Below, in pieces: positions 45,170 to 57,187 of a DNA stretch of 64,000 nucleotides. Position 1 is the stretch's first letter, and every line of letters begins with the position of its first letter. The notes beneath the pieces are model-generated. The model saw only the letters and a list, made by a program, of their open reading frames with translations, ran no database searches and was not told the origin of the DNA. The position numbers and the translations under genes were made by a program. This DNA is from Saprolegnia diclina VS20 (lineage: Eukaryota), in NCBI RefSeq assembly GCF_000281045.1, contig NW_008246079.1, positions 238,724 to 302,723 on the forward strand. The letters are read 5' to 3'.

Positions 45170-47453
45170 TTAGTAGTCGATAAGGCGTTTGGTCGACTGC
45201 TGCGAGTCGCCCACAAAGCGCGGGTTGAGCGTAAAGCGCCGCTGCGAACGGCCGGGGACGCTCTCCTTTGGCCGCTCTATCGATCCGACTCGTTAGTCAT
45301 TTAATCTGAGAGAGGCATGTACTAGGAGAGCTTGTGAGGAGGTTGGAGATCTTGGCCGATCGGAGATTCGTGAGCAAAATTTTGCGCTGCAGGGCATCCC
45401 GCATGAGCTTGTCCATCACGGAAGGGTACCGGGCAAGGCCCTATCGCATATTTTCAGATCCACATTCCACGATATAGCAACAAGCGCTACGATTTGGAGT
45501 TTTTTGTAGTCGAGCGCGTGCAGCTCACAGTAAATTTTGGCGCGGACGCTGGCCGACCGTAGGTTTTGCTGCTCTTCCAGCAAAAGCGCCATTTCGCCAA
45601 AATGATCGCCGTCCGATAAGAGAGAAATCTCAATATCACCGGCCGACGACCCGTCCTACGCCAAGTGAGGTTGTTGTTTGGGACAGGACACGATACCTTG
45701 GCCACAAGAGGTTCGTAGACTTGAAGAATCCCGCGGGCAACAATGAACATTTCACTCGCATCGTCGCCCATCTATCGTATTCGACCTACAGCAACGAGCT
45801 CGAGACTAGAGGATTACCTTGAGGGCAATCGATTGCGGTGATAAAAAGAGCGGCTTGAGGTGGATCGCAATGAACGCAGTAAAGCCTTTGGGGACGTCTA
45901 AACGAAAACGTTGCGTTTTTTTATCCTGGATGGGAGAGTGTACCTTGGAAAAACGCAATGTTTTTGATTGTGATGTGAATGTAGTGCTCGGTGATTTCTT
46001 CGCGCAGCGTTGTCGAGAGGTCGCCGAGAATTCGGCTTTCGTCGTACACGGTCTTGTGCTGGAGGAAATACCGGTAATACCTATGATGCAAAACCATTAG
46101 TTTCCGAAAATATACGACGGGTTGTGCAATGGACACACCGTCGGGTGCGCAGTACGAGGGGCGGTGGCAGCTCCCGTGACTCCATGTACGCATTGAGCTC
46201 GTTCAGGCGCTCGAAATATCGATTTTTGGTCACATTCATCGACGCCACGCTCGACGAGACGCTCGCAATCATAAACGCATACGTGCCTACAGCACAATTT
46301 GGGTTTCAAGCGCACAATGGAAAAGAATGGTATACCGGCCGAGAGCACCATGCCAAACATGGTGTAAATGCGCTCATTCTACACAGTTGGGGAATCAGAA
46401 AAAGGAAATGTGAAGTTTCGCAGACGATGGTAATCGGGGTAAAGTCGCCAAACCCGACGGTTGCCATCATCGTAAAGGCAAAATAGAGCGTCGACGTGTA
46501 CATTTCGGGCTTGGTGTACGACAATTTCCAGATCCTAGAGACAATTGTTAGTTTCTCGATAGCTTGAGCGTCGTACTTTTTCGTAAATGTGGCGTAAGCT
46601 ATCCAGGACGACGTCGGGTCGCCGCTGTGTAGCCCGGCCGCATATTGATCGTTGACCATGGTCCCGAGCGCATAAAAGCCGCACGCGGTAAAGTGAGCCA
46701 CGAGCACAATACTCAATAGGAGCTTGGAGACCACAATGTAGTTGCGGTTGATGTTGAACTGGTCCTCACAAAAGTCGATCAATGATTGGATCTAGCACGA
46801 CATCATAAATTCTCTAGAAGACGCCGCAAGCGTACCCGGAGCACGCGCAGCACTTTGGCGATGCGCGTGAGGCGGAAGACACGCAGAATGCGCGGGTACT
46901 GCGTCGCTCGGGACTGTGTTGCATCAAGCTGGTTGAAAATCGTATCCCACGGCAGTGTTGTGCACAGATCAAAGCCAAACCACCCGCGTAGATACCGCGT
47001 GGCAATGCGTTTGGGTTCGGCGACCACATCGCCCGTTTTAGGGTCGACGTACGCCGTGCTAGACACACAAATATGAAACAATGCCTGCTACAGCTAGAGG
47101 AAGAGACCGAAAGCGGATGAGGATATCGACGCCGTAGAGCGCATCGGAGATGGCGTCATAGAGAACCCAGTCACTGGCTTGGTACTCCTGACCCGGAGAT
47201 GAGACGACGTAAGTATCAAGGCAGCAGAGTGTACCGCGAGTGAGTAAAAGCTAGAGACGTACGGCACGCAGGCGCAGATGTACGCCACCAGTGCGAGGTT
47301 CACAACACTCCATAGCCTCTGGAAAGAGCTGTGGGGGTAGATGATGCCACGGGCCTTCGTGTCACGGCGGGTTGTGCTCCATGATCGTCGCCAGCTGGAT
47401 CGTGCAGGTAGGGCCGGACAACTGGTGCTCGGGTGGACCTTCCCAGCGCCCAT
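45170..47453 (-). CDS. Voltage-gated K+ channel with cyclic-nucleotide-binding domain, copy 2 (tandem paralogue)
   Basis: S4 YPRILRVFRLTRIAKVLRVLR, pore TMMATVGFGDFTP, CNBD GDDASEMFIVARG...GDHFGEMALL. Same exon layout as copy 1; predicted end ...KRLIDY* at 45170. Confidence 0.88.
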
Positions 47454-48067
47454 GTCTCGTTTGGCCTTGCTACGGAAATAGATAGTCCCACATATATAAA
47501 GTGGTGCTAAATTTATAGATGTTTGGTCGGACTCCGCAGGTTTTTAACTCTGTTAGATGCAATTGGTTGCAGTGCTTCGCGTGCCCCTCAGCGACCTGTT
47601 TGCTGCACCACGCAACGCTGCTCGACGCCGAGCACATGACCCGAAGCACTCAATCAACGAAGCATGGCATTGGTCACGAGTACAAATGACATTATTGTTG
47701 TGGTGTCAAGTTACGTACTACATAGCATTGACCTCGTGGCAGGCGACCACTCACTTGCAGACTTGACACAATCAGGCATCACGCGCGATGTTTTAACACC
47801 TCATCGCGCTTTGATTGGTCCTTGAAAAAATCGAAGCCGGGATACCGCCAATCACATCGCGACATTTTTCGATGCCCCAATCCACTGCTCGGAACTCCAT
47901 GTCGTGGCAAGCGGCAGGAAGCGAGCAGCTCCGTTGCCATTAGGATATCATGTACGCTGTAGCTCGAACCATAGCGTTAATGGAGACATACATCACTTGG
48001 TAGTGAACGGAGTACGCGGCTCGCGCTGCTTTCTCAAAGGTCGTTTCCTGTAACGTCAGTTCAAAGC

Positions 48068-51000
48068 ATGTTGGGCGTTCTCGTGGCAGCGACGCTCGTC
48101 TTGCCTAGTGCCAATGCATGCGTGTCAGAGAGCGGCTACTGCCAGCTTCTGCCCTCCGAAGGGTTGGCGACAGATCCGTGTTCCGATCTCGCGCCGTGCC
48201 CAACGGGTAGCTATTGCAGGTGCGACCATACCTTCGCGATCGGGACCTCAGGCCGGCAAATTAGAAACAATCGCTTGACGCGGTGCCCCGCGGGCTTTTT
48301 CGGAAACGTGACGGGCCTTCAAACACCGCAGTGCTCTGGCCTCTGCCCCGCCGGGTTCTACTGCCCCCTTGGAACGTACGTCCCCCCATTTTGAATCCGC
48401 CGCGTGGACCTACTATAATGGCTTAGCGCCGAGCCCATTGCTTGCGGCGGACAGCACCTCTACTGCGCTCTTGGCGCCGCAGCACCGTCGCTCGTTCCTC
48501 CTGGGTACTACGCGCTTGGTATCGATGCCACGAGACGGTATACGACGCATCGTATATCGAAACAACTGCAACTGTGTAGCGAGTCGGTTGCTCTCTGTGA
48601 AGCAGGCTTCTACTGCGTCAACGGGCAGCTCCTGCCGTGTGTCGAGGGGACCTTTGGCTCAACCAGCGGGCTGACATCGCCGGCATGCTCGGATGTGTGT
48701 CCTCCAGGGAGCTACTGCCCACTTGGTGCGAGTGCCCCCCTTCCATGCCCGCCGGGTATCAACTCTATATCAAGTTGCCAATTTTGCCATATGCAAGGAT
48801 CTAGGGACCTATGGCGTCACCGACAGCTTGTCGACGCCAGCGTGCTCGGGCGCGTGCCCCGAAGGCTTCTACTGCCCCGCCGGCACCACGACCCCATTGG
48901 CTTGTCCCGACGGTGCTTTGTGCCCGGTGGGCAGTGCGTCACCGCGCGTCGTGCCGCCAGGCATGCACCTCGTCCCAGCTAAAGACCCCATGACGCAGGC
49001 CATCACGATGGTGGCGACCCGTTGCCCTCCAGGCTCGTACTGCGTCTATGGTGCGCATTAGAGGTAGCCAAGGGAGCCTCCACGTCGATGTTCATGTAGG
49101 AAAAGCCTTTCCCTGTCCTGTCGGCCGGTTCGGGGCCACCGAGGGACTCAATTCGAGCCGTTGCTCGGGTGTGTGTCCTGCTGGCTCGCTTTGCGTTGCG
49201 GGCACGGTCACCCCGGTGCGCCTCGTTGGCTCAGCGTGTGCTTATAGCTGCGTGATGCTGTAGTCGCCGTGCAGCGACGCGGCCTTCTTTTGCCCCTCGG
49301 ACAGCTACGCTCTGCAGCCGGTTGGTGTTGGCAACTACTCGAGTCCGATCGACTCTTTGTATCACAAAGACCAAGCCGTGTGTGAACCGGGGCACTACTG
49401 TCTCAACGGGCTTCGATCCCCGTGTCCGGCGGGTGCCTTTGGTAGTGCATTTGGCTTGACAACACCGGCTTGCAGGTGCGGCGCGTGGACGCGGTCCATC
49501 TCATGTCCTTGTAGTGGACAGTGTGCACCGGGGTACTATTGCCCGCAAGGAAGTTTGGGCGCGACCGCCAACGAGTGCGGCAGCCCCCATACGTACTGTC
49601 CGGAAGGCTCACCGCGCCCCCTTTGTACGCTTGCTACACAGTTTGTACTGATAAGGAGACTACTTGTAGTCGTATCGAGCGGCTACTGCGGCGTGGGGGC
49701 GTCGGCAACGACACAAGCGGCGCAAGCACTCGCACCACCGGGCTCGTTTGCGTTTGAAGGCCAGTGCTACTTGTGTCCCGGGGGATACTATGGCACCGAC
49801 CCCGGCAGCATCTCGCCAACATGTTCGGGCGTTTGTGCATCGGGGTACTACTGCCCGCCAGGAAGCACGTCGCCCTTCCAAGTGACATGTGGGCTCGGGT
49901 CGTACTGCCCGTCCGGCTCGAAGTTGCCAACGCCAGTCACCCGCGGGTTTTATTCGGTAGGCTTCAACTTGCTGTCCCTGCGATGGAGAGTCCCTTACGG
50001 CTAGTACATTGCGACTACTGATACGTGTGGTCCTGGACTCTATCGAAGCGCGTCGACGTCGCTGGCCGCTCTCTTGCTCGCTGGTTGGTCCACGATTGCT
50101 GTCGACTATGGTGACGCGCTCTTCCCTTTTGCCCCGTACAACTTGTCTCGCCGAGAGGTGACACTCATATCGTCTTCACAGGTGTGTGCCGTGCCCACTC
50201 GGGACCTTCAAGCCAGACGACGGCGACAGCCAAAGCCTCTGCCAAGCGTGTCCGCCATTCACATCAACGAGGTACGTGACGACTGTGACTGTAGCACACT
50301 GCGCACTGTGTAGCTCGATCGACCGCACAACTTGTTCTTGCTATCGGCTCTCGGGGGGCGCGACGTGGGAGGCGACCACGACAGCCTTGTACTTTGACGG
50401 TGTCACCTGCATCCACCTTCCGATCGCAACCCAAGTAGACGGCTTTACAGTCTCTGAAAATGGTGCCATGGTATGTAGATGGCGTCGCTTCTACCGCCCA
50501 ACACGTCGTGGACCAAGTACCAAGAGGCGGCTTGCAAGCCCGGGTACTACTGCGTTCAGGGCGCTCGATCGCCGTGTCCTGCTGGCCGGTGCAGCTCCAC
50601 CCAAGCCCGTGAGTCTCTTCACCGTTGTCCGACATAGGTTTGGCACCTCCTGGAAGGAAACAAATCCTCTGTGCACAAATGCGTGTCGACGGGGACACTA
50701 CTGCCCGGTTGCCAGCGCCCACGACGCCGTGGTATGCTTAGTTGGAATAGCTCTTGTCAAGTTCGTGCATGCAAGGAGCCGTGCGGTGCGCCGTACTTGT
50801 ACTGCCCCTCGGGCTCGCCGTACCCCGTCGCGGTGACGGCAGGCTTCTACTCGCTCGACTCGGTCGCAGGTACCATCCACTGTTGTCAACCACACTGCAG
50901 TACTCTGGCCAGGGCTCTTCTCTGACATCACGCGCCGCGACGCGCAAGCCCCATGTGAGCCAGGCTCGTTTTGCCAGTACGGCCTTCGCTACCCATGTCC

Positions 51001-52069
51001 GGGCGGCCGCTACGGCAGCGCAGCCCAAGAGACATCGACACTCGTACGCACATCGTGGCGTAGTAGTTCTTCTCAATGCATTCTGGTGGCACCTAGTGCA
51101 CGGGTCTCTGCCAGCGCGGCTTCTACTGCCCTCCAGGAAGCTCGCTTCCGACGCAAGTGGGTGCTATTTTGCTATAAAAGCTATCAGAAATCATTTACTA
51201 ACGTAGGTGGCGTGCGGAAACGCTTCCGTCATCTGTCGCCGGGGATCGGCGTCGCCCGAGCCCGTCGCTGTGGGCTACTACTCGGGCGGTGACACGTCCC
51301 CGTACGTCCGAGCTGTTCGATGATGCGGACGAAAATGGCGCGTAAAACGGAGGCGTTGGATCGCGACAGCATGCGCTGGTACCAGCTGCCTTGCCCCTTG
51401 GGCTCCTATTGCGTCGACGGAACTTCGTTTCTGTGCCCGGGGGGCACGTACGGAGGTGTCCCACAACTCACGCGGCCAACGTGCTCGGGCCTCTGTGCGC
51501 CGGGGTACTACTGCCCGACGGGCAGCATCGCTGCGCAAGCGTTTCCATGCGGTAACGTGAGCGTCTACTGCCCTCCAGGGTCACCCCAGCCTCTCGCCGT
51601 ATCGGTGGGGTACTACACCACGGGTGGCACCAACAGCACACGGTTTGCGAATGCCTCTCTCGCCGACGACATACCTCGCACTTGGTTAGGTCGGGCCAAG
51701 CACTCTGTCCGATGGGGTCGTTCTGTCAGCATGGCGTACTCTATCAGTGTCCGCCTGGCACGTTCGGCAGCGCCACAGGTACAGTCTTTGCATGGAAACC
51801 CAATGCCATTGCATATTGCATGCATGTAGGCTTGACCGTCGAGACATGCAGCGGCTGGTGCAGCGCGGGCTTCTTTTGTCCGCCCGGCACCGTTTCTGCG
51901 ACCGCCAATGCGTACGCTCCTTTGCCGTCTCTGTCGGTTGTCCTCGATCATGGAGGTGCACAGGTGCGGGCCATCGTCCTACTCGATCGACGGTCAAGGC
52001 GAATGCATGGCGTGTCCGGCAGCCCGACCTTTGATGCCGTGTCACAACAGTCGCGCGTGCTGCCAGTAG
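48068..52069 (+). CDS. Secreted cysteine-rich repeat protein (GCC2/GCC3 or ephrin-receptor-like repeats), more than 20 exons
   Basis: Signal peptide MLGVLVAATLVLPSANA. Repeated CPxGx(F/Y)GxxxGLxTxxCSGxCxxG(F/Y)YCPxGS units. Ends ...CHNSRACCQ* (TAG 52067-52069). Confidence 0.82.
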
Positions 52070-52274
52070 CTACGAAATTGCCCGGTCTCTTCTTCCTTGC
52101 CGTGCTCGTACGACGTGAATAACTCAGTTTGCCCTTTCTACACCTACCCCTACCCTAACCCTCATGCAGTGGCCACGCGATAGCTGTTCAAGAGCCCTTG
52201 ACAAAGAACAGACGCGTATCGCGCACCGCTCTCAGCAACTCGTCTGTGCATTCAACTAGCTCAAGACGGTGTCT

Positions 52275-53762
52275 TTACGTTAACTGTCTCTGGGTATCAC
52301 TCGACGTGGAGGCGAGAGGCGTCAAGATGCCGAGGGCTTCGAGCGCTGCGATACGGTGCGGTGGCCACGTCGCGCGGACGCGTTCGGCTTTGCGCGTGTT
52401 CATGAGCGCATTCGTGAGGTGCAGATCCCACGTGCTCTCTGGCCAGCGCGCGTCGTTGGTGGGTACGACAAACTGCGGCGGAACGCGCAAGTGGCCATGC
52501 AGTGCCTTGAACGTTTGGAGGGCGTGGAGCACGCGCTCTTGGCGCCACGCAACCATGTCCCACACAAACCCGAGTGCATCGAGCCGTTGGACCATGTCGT
52601 CGGTCATCGTCTTCTTGTGTCGGCGCCAGTCCTTGACGACCGTGCCAAGCGGGAGACCGCGGACCTCAACCGGCCACGCGCTATCGTCTTCGGGTACGAC
52701 GAACTGCTGAGGCACGCGCGGGTGGCCAAAGACGCGAATGAACGCCGTAAGCGCGCTGAGCTTGCGCGCCGAGACAAAGTCGAGCACGCTCCACACAAAG
52801 CCTTCGTCCTCCAGTGCCTGGATCTGCTCTTGGCTCAGCGACGACCGGGTCGTCCGAAGCGTATTGACGAGGTTCCCAAGGCGGAGGCCAATGAGGTCGG
52901 GCGACCACGTCGTCGCGTTGGGCGGAATCACAAACGAGTGGGGCACGAGGAGATGGCCAAAATTCGCAGCAAATTCCTTGATCGCCCGCAACTGGAGACC
53001 CCAGCGCGGACCAATGTACGAAAAGTGCATCTCGCGCACGAGCGGTTCGAGGACTGCAAACGGCGGCGACGGGTCGTACCGAAGCGCCTGGAGGTGGCGC
53101 CCGAGCGCAAGCGACTGCACGTACGGCGGGTACGGCGCTTCGGCAGGCGTCCTATACATCAAGGGTACGTCCAAGTTGCCGTACTCGGTATAGTAGATGC
53201 GACAGGCGTCGACGAGGATCGCGGGTGTCAATGGCGGACGTCGCGTCCGCGGGTGCGCTAGGATTGGTGCGAACCGCGCCATCTCGTCGCCCTTGACATA
53301 CGACGGAAAGCCGACGCGCTGCAAGAGACCAAACGCTTGGCCGAGGTCGATGCCCCACGTCTCGCGCGGCCACGCTGCGTTCTTTGGTACGACAAAGTCA
53401 AACGGGACAGGGATCGGCCCATGCAACGCAAGAAAGGCGTCGAGGGCGCGAAAGCGCACGTCCCAGTGGTGGCGCCGAGCGCTCCATGGAAAACTCAGCG
53501 CATCCATGTCGGCGACGACGCTTGGATCGAGGCGATTCTGGTGGTACAGCGCCCGGAAGCGGCTAAGGTTGATGTCCTTGCCGCGAGCCTCGTCGGGCCA
53601 CGGCGCTTCGTTCGGAATGAGAAGAGTGCCATGCGACGGCGCCATGGCGTGGACGTCATGGTACACCTTGACGACGTTCGCAATGCTGCGTTGCTTCTTG
53701 GGGCTAAAGTTGATGTTGCCGTACGTCGAGAAGGCGGCGCGGCCCGCTGCTCGACGCAGCAT
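52275..53762 (-). CDS. HA-domain repeat protein with mitochondrial-type presequence
   Basis: ATG at 53762 (MLRRAAGRAAFSTYG). About six HA units, e.g. ALQTFKALHGHLRVPPQFVVPTNDARWPESTWDLHL...LEALG. Confidence 0.85.
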   Translation of the reverse strand: MLRRAAGRAAFSTYGNINFSPKKQRSIANVVKVYHDVHAMAPSHGTLLIPNEAPWPDEARGKDINLSRFRALYHQNRLDPSVVADMDALSFPWSARRHHWDVRFRALDAFLALHGPIPVPFDFVVPKNAAWPRETWGIDLGQAFGLLQRVGFPSYVKGDEMARFAPILAHPRTRRPPLTPAILVDACRIYYTEYGNLDVPLMYRTPAEAPYPPYVQSLALGRHLQALRYDPSPPFAVLEPLVREMHFSYIGPRWGLQLRAIKEFAANFGHLLVPHSFVIPPNATTWSPDLIGLRLGNLVNTLRTTRSSLSQEQIQALEDEGFVWSVLDFVSARKLSALTAFIRVFGHPRVPQQFVVPEDDSAWPVEVRGLPLGTVVKDWRRHKKTMTDDMVQRLDALGFVWDMVAWRQERVLHALQTFKALHGHLRVPPQFVVPTNDARWPESTWDLHLTNALMNTRKAERVRATWPPHRIAALEALGILTPLASTSSDTQRQLT

Positions 53763-54228
53763 CCTGTCAAGTGGGATTTTCGCCGCTTTCGATTCGTCGA
53801 CTTGTTTGCGGCAGATGCCGCTTACTAAAAACACACAACAATGGAATGTGGCACGCGCTCCGTGCAACCGAAACGACGCAGAGCGGGAGACCGGTATCGC
53901 AAGTCCATGGGTATCCATACGCATGGGTAATGAGCCGATCGATGACGCCCTTGATCTTTACTGTCCCGTCGTCGGGATCGGATATGGTCGTGGTGGGAGA
54001 GCCGACTTGAGGCCCAAATGCCACATTGGCGACCATTGAAAGTGGCATGCACCGCAAATAAACAACGGAATGCGGCCAATTCGGCATCGCCCACGGATTT
54101 GAGGATTCAAAATTCGATCGAAATAACTTGGTGTTTGTATGGGTGTGCTGGACGTGGCAAAAAAATTGAGGCTGGAATTCCCGCTCGTGCCCAGTCCACC
54201 AAGTGCAGTCCCGAGGAAGAGAGCGACC

Positions 54229-55793
54229 ATGAGCATGGAGCCCGAGCACAAGTACATCTCGACCGAGCACATCCAGGTAGACCATGCTGCTACATGCATG
54301 CGAGGCTTATGGGCGGCGGCTAGAGCATGCTCGATGAGAACGCGACCATGATCGTCGAGATCATCCAGCTCAACAACGCCGTCAAGCACGAGCGGGGCGC
54401 CGCGCTTGCCGACATCCAAGACAAGCTTGAGAAGAAGCGCAAGAAGCTCAACCGTAACCTCATGACGCTCGCCAAGTGGGCCGATGAGAGCACGGAGCCG
54501 CCCGTCAAGTCCAAGCCCGCACCCGTCGCCATTGTCCAGCCGCCGCCTGCCCAGATCGCGCCGCCTGTCGCCGAGCAGCCCAAGCCGGAAGGCGTCGACC
54601 AACCCATGGGTTCGAACCAAGATATGGGCACCAATACGCCGCCGCTTAAAGCGACTACCGCCGCGCCCAAGCTCGAGGGCGAGGATCAGGTCAAGGTTGA
54701 TGTGCCGCAGGAGAAGGAGGACGACCCGATGGGCGCAACAGACGAAACCACGGAAGCGGCGCAGCCTACGAAGACTGAAGAGGTGGCTGACGTTGACATG
54801 GGCAATGGCGAAGCGGACGCCGAACCTCTGGGCGCGGTCCAGTCGCCGCTCGCGACGCTCTCCGGCGTAGCCTCCCCCAGCATCTCGGGCGTGGCCTCCC
54901 CCAGCATCTCGGGCGTGGCCTCCCCCAGCATCTCGGGCATGGCATCCCCCAGCATCTCGGGCGTTGCGTCGCCTAGCATCTCGGGCGTCGCGTCGCCCAA
55001 CGTGTCTGCGATCTCGTCCTTTGAAAACACGCCGCAGGCGTCGGCAGCTGCGTCTCCCAAGCCGGTGTCCGAGATCGCCGACGGTGCGTCGTCGGTCATT
55101 GCCTCCCCGATTGCCCCGATTGATGCGACGCCGGAAGAATCGTCGGCGCCCCTCTCTCCGGAGGCTGCCGACATTGCGACTGATGCTCAGGTCGCTACTG
55201 ACGCCGCGCCTGCCGACGTACCTTCGCCGGATGCCGTCACAGAAGTACCCATGGCCACACCGTCGCCGGAACACGCCGCCGAGACGTCGGTCGATGGCAC
55301 TATGGACGACACCCCCATGGAGGAATCTGCTGAGGCGTCGGTCGAAGCGTCTCCTGACGTGTCTGCTGAGGCATCCCCGGTCGCATCGCCCGTGCAGTCT
55401 GCTGATGCCTCGCCCGAGGAGTCTGCAGAGGCCTCGCCCGTAGAGTCTGCAGATGCCTCGCCCATGCAGTCTGCAGAGGCCTCGCCCGAGGAGTCTGCAG
55501 AGGCCTCGCCCGAAGAGTCTGCAGAGGCCTCGCCCGTAGAGTCTGCAGAGGCCTCGCCAGAAGCGTCGCCTGAAGTCTCTGCCGAGGCTTCACCGGAAGC
55601 GTCTCCTGAGGCCTCGCCTGCTGTGTCTGCCGAGGCGTCGCCTGCTGCATCGCCGGCCGCTGAGATTGCGACGGAGACGACGACGGCACCGGAGGCCTCG
55701 CCCGAGCCGTCCTCAGAAGTTGCACCGACGGACGCGTCGCCCGAGGCAGCACCCATGACCGACGACGCGCCGCCAGCTGTAGCAGACGCGTAA
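54229..55793 (+). CDS. SS18/GIF-like protein (N-terminal SSXT/SNH domain) with long acidic Ser-Pro repeat tail (2 exons)
   Basis: ISTEHIQ|SMLDENATMIVEI...KLNRNLMTLAKWAD matches the SSXT pattern (IQxxLDEN...LxRNLxxLAxxAD). Intron 54277-54323. Confidence 0.75.
54860..55000 (+). repeat. 21-bp coding minisatellite encoding SG(V/M)ASPSI-type units (about 6 copies)
   Basis: tcgggcgtggcctcccccagcatc-type units in tandem. Confidence 0.8.
55320..55655 (+). repeat. 24-bp coding minisatellite encoding SAEASP(E/V)(E/Q) (about 10 or more copies)
   Basis: gagtctgcagaggcctcgcccgag units, nearly perfect at 55395-55560. Confidence 0.9.
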
Positions 55794-55849
55794 TGATAAA
55801 TGTATGGAAGAGGATGCAGTAAAACTCGAATAAATAAAACGCGCCTTGG

Positions 55850-56754
55850 CTAGTAGCGCAGCAGATGCGGATGCGCCAGAAGCGTGGCGACGATCGCGTC
55901 AAACCCGCGGTGGCGCGCGCGCTCGAGGCCCAGACCCGAGTAGCCTTCGCGCCGGTGGTGCACCAGAAAGGCCACCACATCGGCGTGGCCGTGCATGGCC
56001 GCCCCGTCGAGGGCTTGCGTCGTACAATTGCTCTCGCTGTGGGCATGTAAGTACTGTACAATCGCGAGATGGCCCCAGGTGGCAGCAATGTCCATGGCCT
56101 GGGCGCCGCTGCGGCCTTGCAACCCATGGCAAAAGAGGAATTCGACAAGGTCCAAGCGCCTATGTACGTTGCGTCCATGATGAGAGCGCATGGAGGAGAC
56201 GCACCCGAGCTGCGCGGCCCGCACGAGCGTGTACGAGCAGCAGCCTTCGGCGCGGTGCGCCAGGAGGAACGCAGCGGTTGTCGTGTGGCTCGACAAAAGC
56301 GCGTGGTGCAACGCGTACTCGGTGCAGCCTTCGCTGCGATGTGCGTGCAGAAAGCAAACGATTTGCAAGTGACCGCGCTTGGCGGCACCGTTCATGGCCC
56401 ACACCTGTACGAGCACGACGCGGATGAGGAGATCCAGGCTGCCGCGGAGATAGTGTGGGGTACCGAGCATGGAGCGCCGTGGTGGTGGAGCCACTGCACC
56501 GTATCGTAGTGTCCGTTCGAGGCCGCTGCGTCCATGGCAGCAGCGCTCACGCAGTAGACCCTTGGGTACTTGTAGGCAGCGGCGAGTACCTTTGTGGCGC
56601 CGGTCGAGGCGGCGTGGTCGAGCACGCTGAGCTGTGAGAGCGACGGAGCATAGATCGCGCGGTGGTACTCGACAAGAGCTTTGGGCCAGCCGGCTTGGAA
56701 CGCGCAGATCAGAGCGACCAGCGGTGCATCGCAGACGGCAGCGAGCGAGGCCAT
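55850..56754 (-). CDS. Ankyrin repeat protein, multi-exon
   Basis: AMDAAASNGHYDTVQWLH, AMNGAAKRGHLQIVCFLH, SEGCTEYAL, NCTTQALDGAAMHGH. ATG at 56754. Confidence 0.88.
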
Positions 56755-57187
56755 GGCGTTCGGCGAGAATGACCAACTGCCACGCGAGGGCGGTTGGAGC
56801 TTGGATTGGTTTGAAACATGTTTGCAACACCCACTTTATTTAGGTTTTGTATGCATAGTTGTATAAAACTTTGTGTTTTGAACTGTTTTATGGAATATCG
56901 AAGCGCCAAAAATAGATCCGCCGAAAATAGAAGCCGTCGCGTGGCAACCCGCCAGCGCAACGGCAGCTACGGAGCACTGCGAGGGCAAGCCGTCGATCGC
57001 GCCACCTTTGCTTGCAGCGTCCAGTGCGACGATGAAGAGGTACTGCATGCGTCGACCAAATTTTGCAGCGCACTTCTTCTACCCAAAGCAGCTGCCGAGG
57101 CGCCGCGAGTGTACTGCTGCTACCAAGCGCAATACGGACAAATCAGCGCACAACAAGCTATATAACGTGAGCTTAGCAGCATTGGGC

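Noticed and set aside
53958..55274. 438-aa minus-strand ORF with RDAGGGHA repeats
   Set aside because: Antisense reading of the SS18-like minisatellite.
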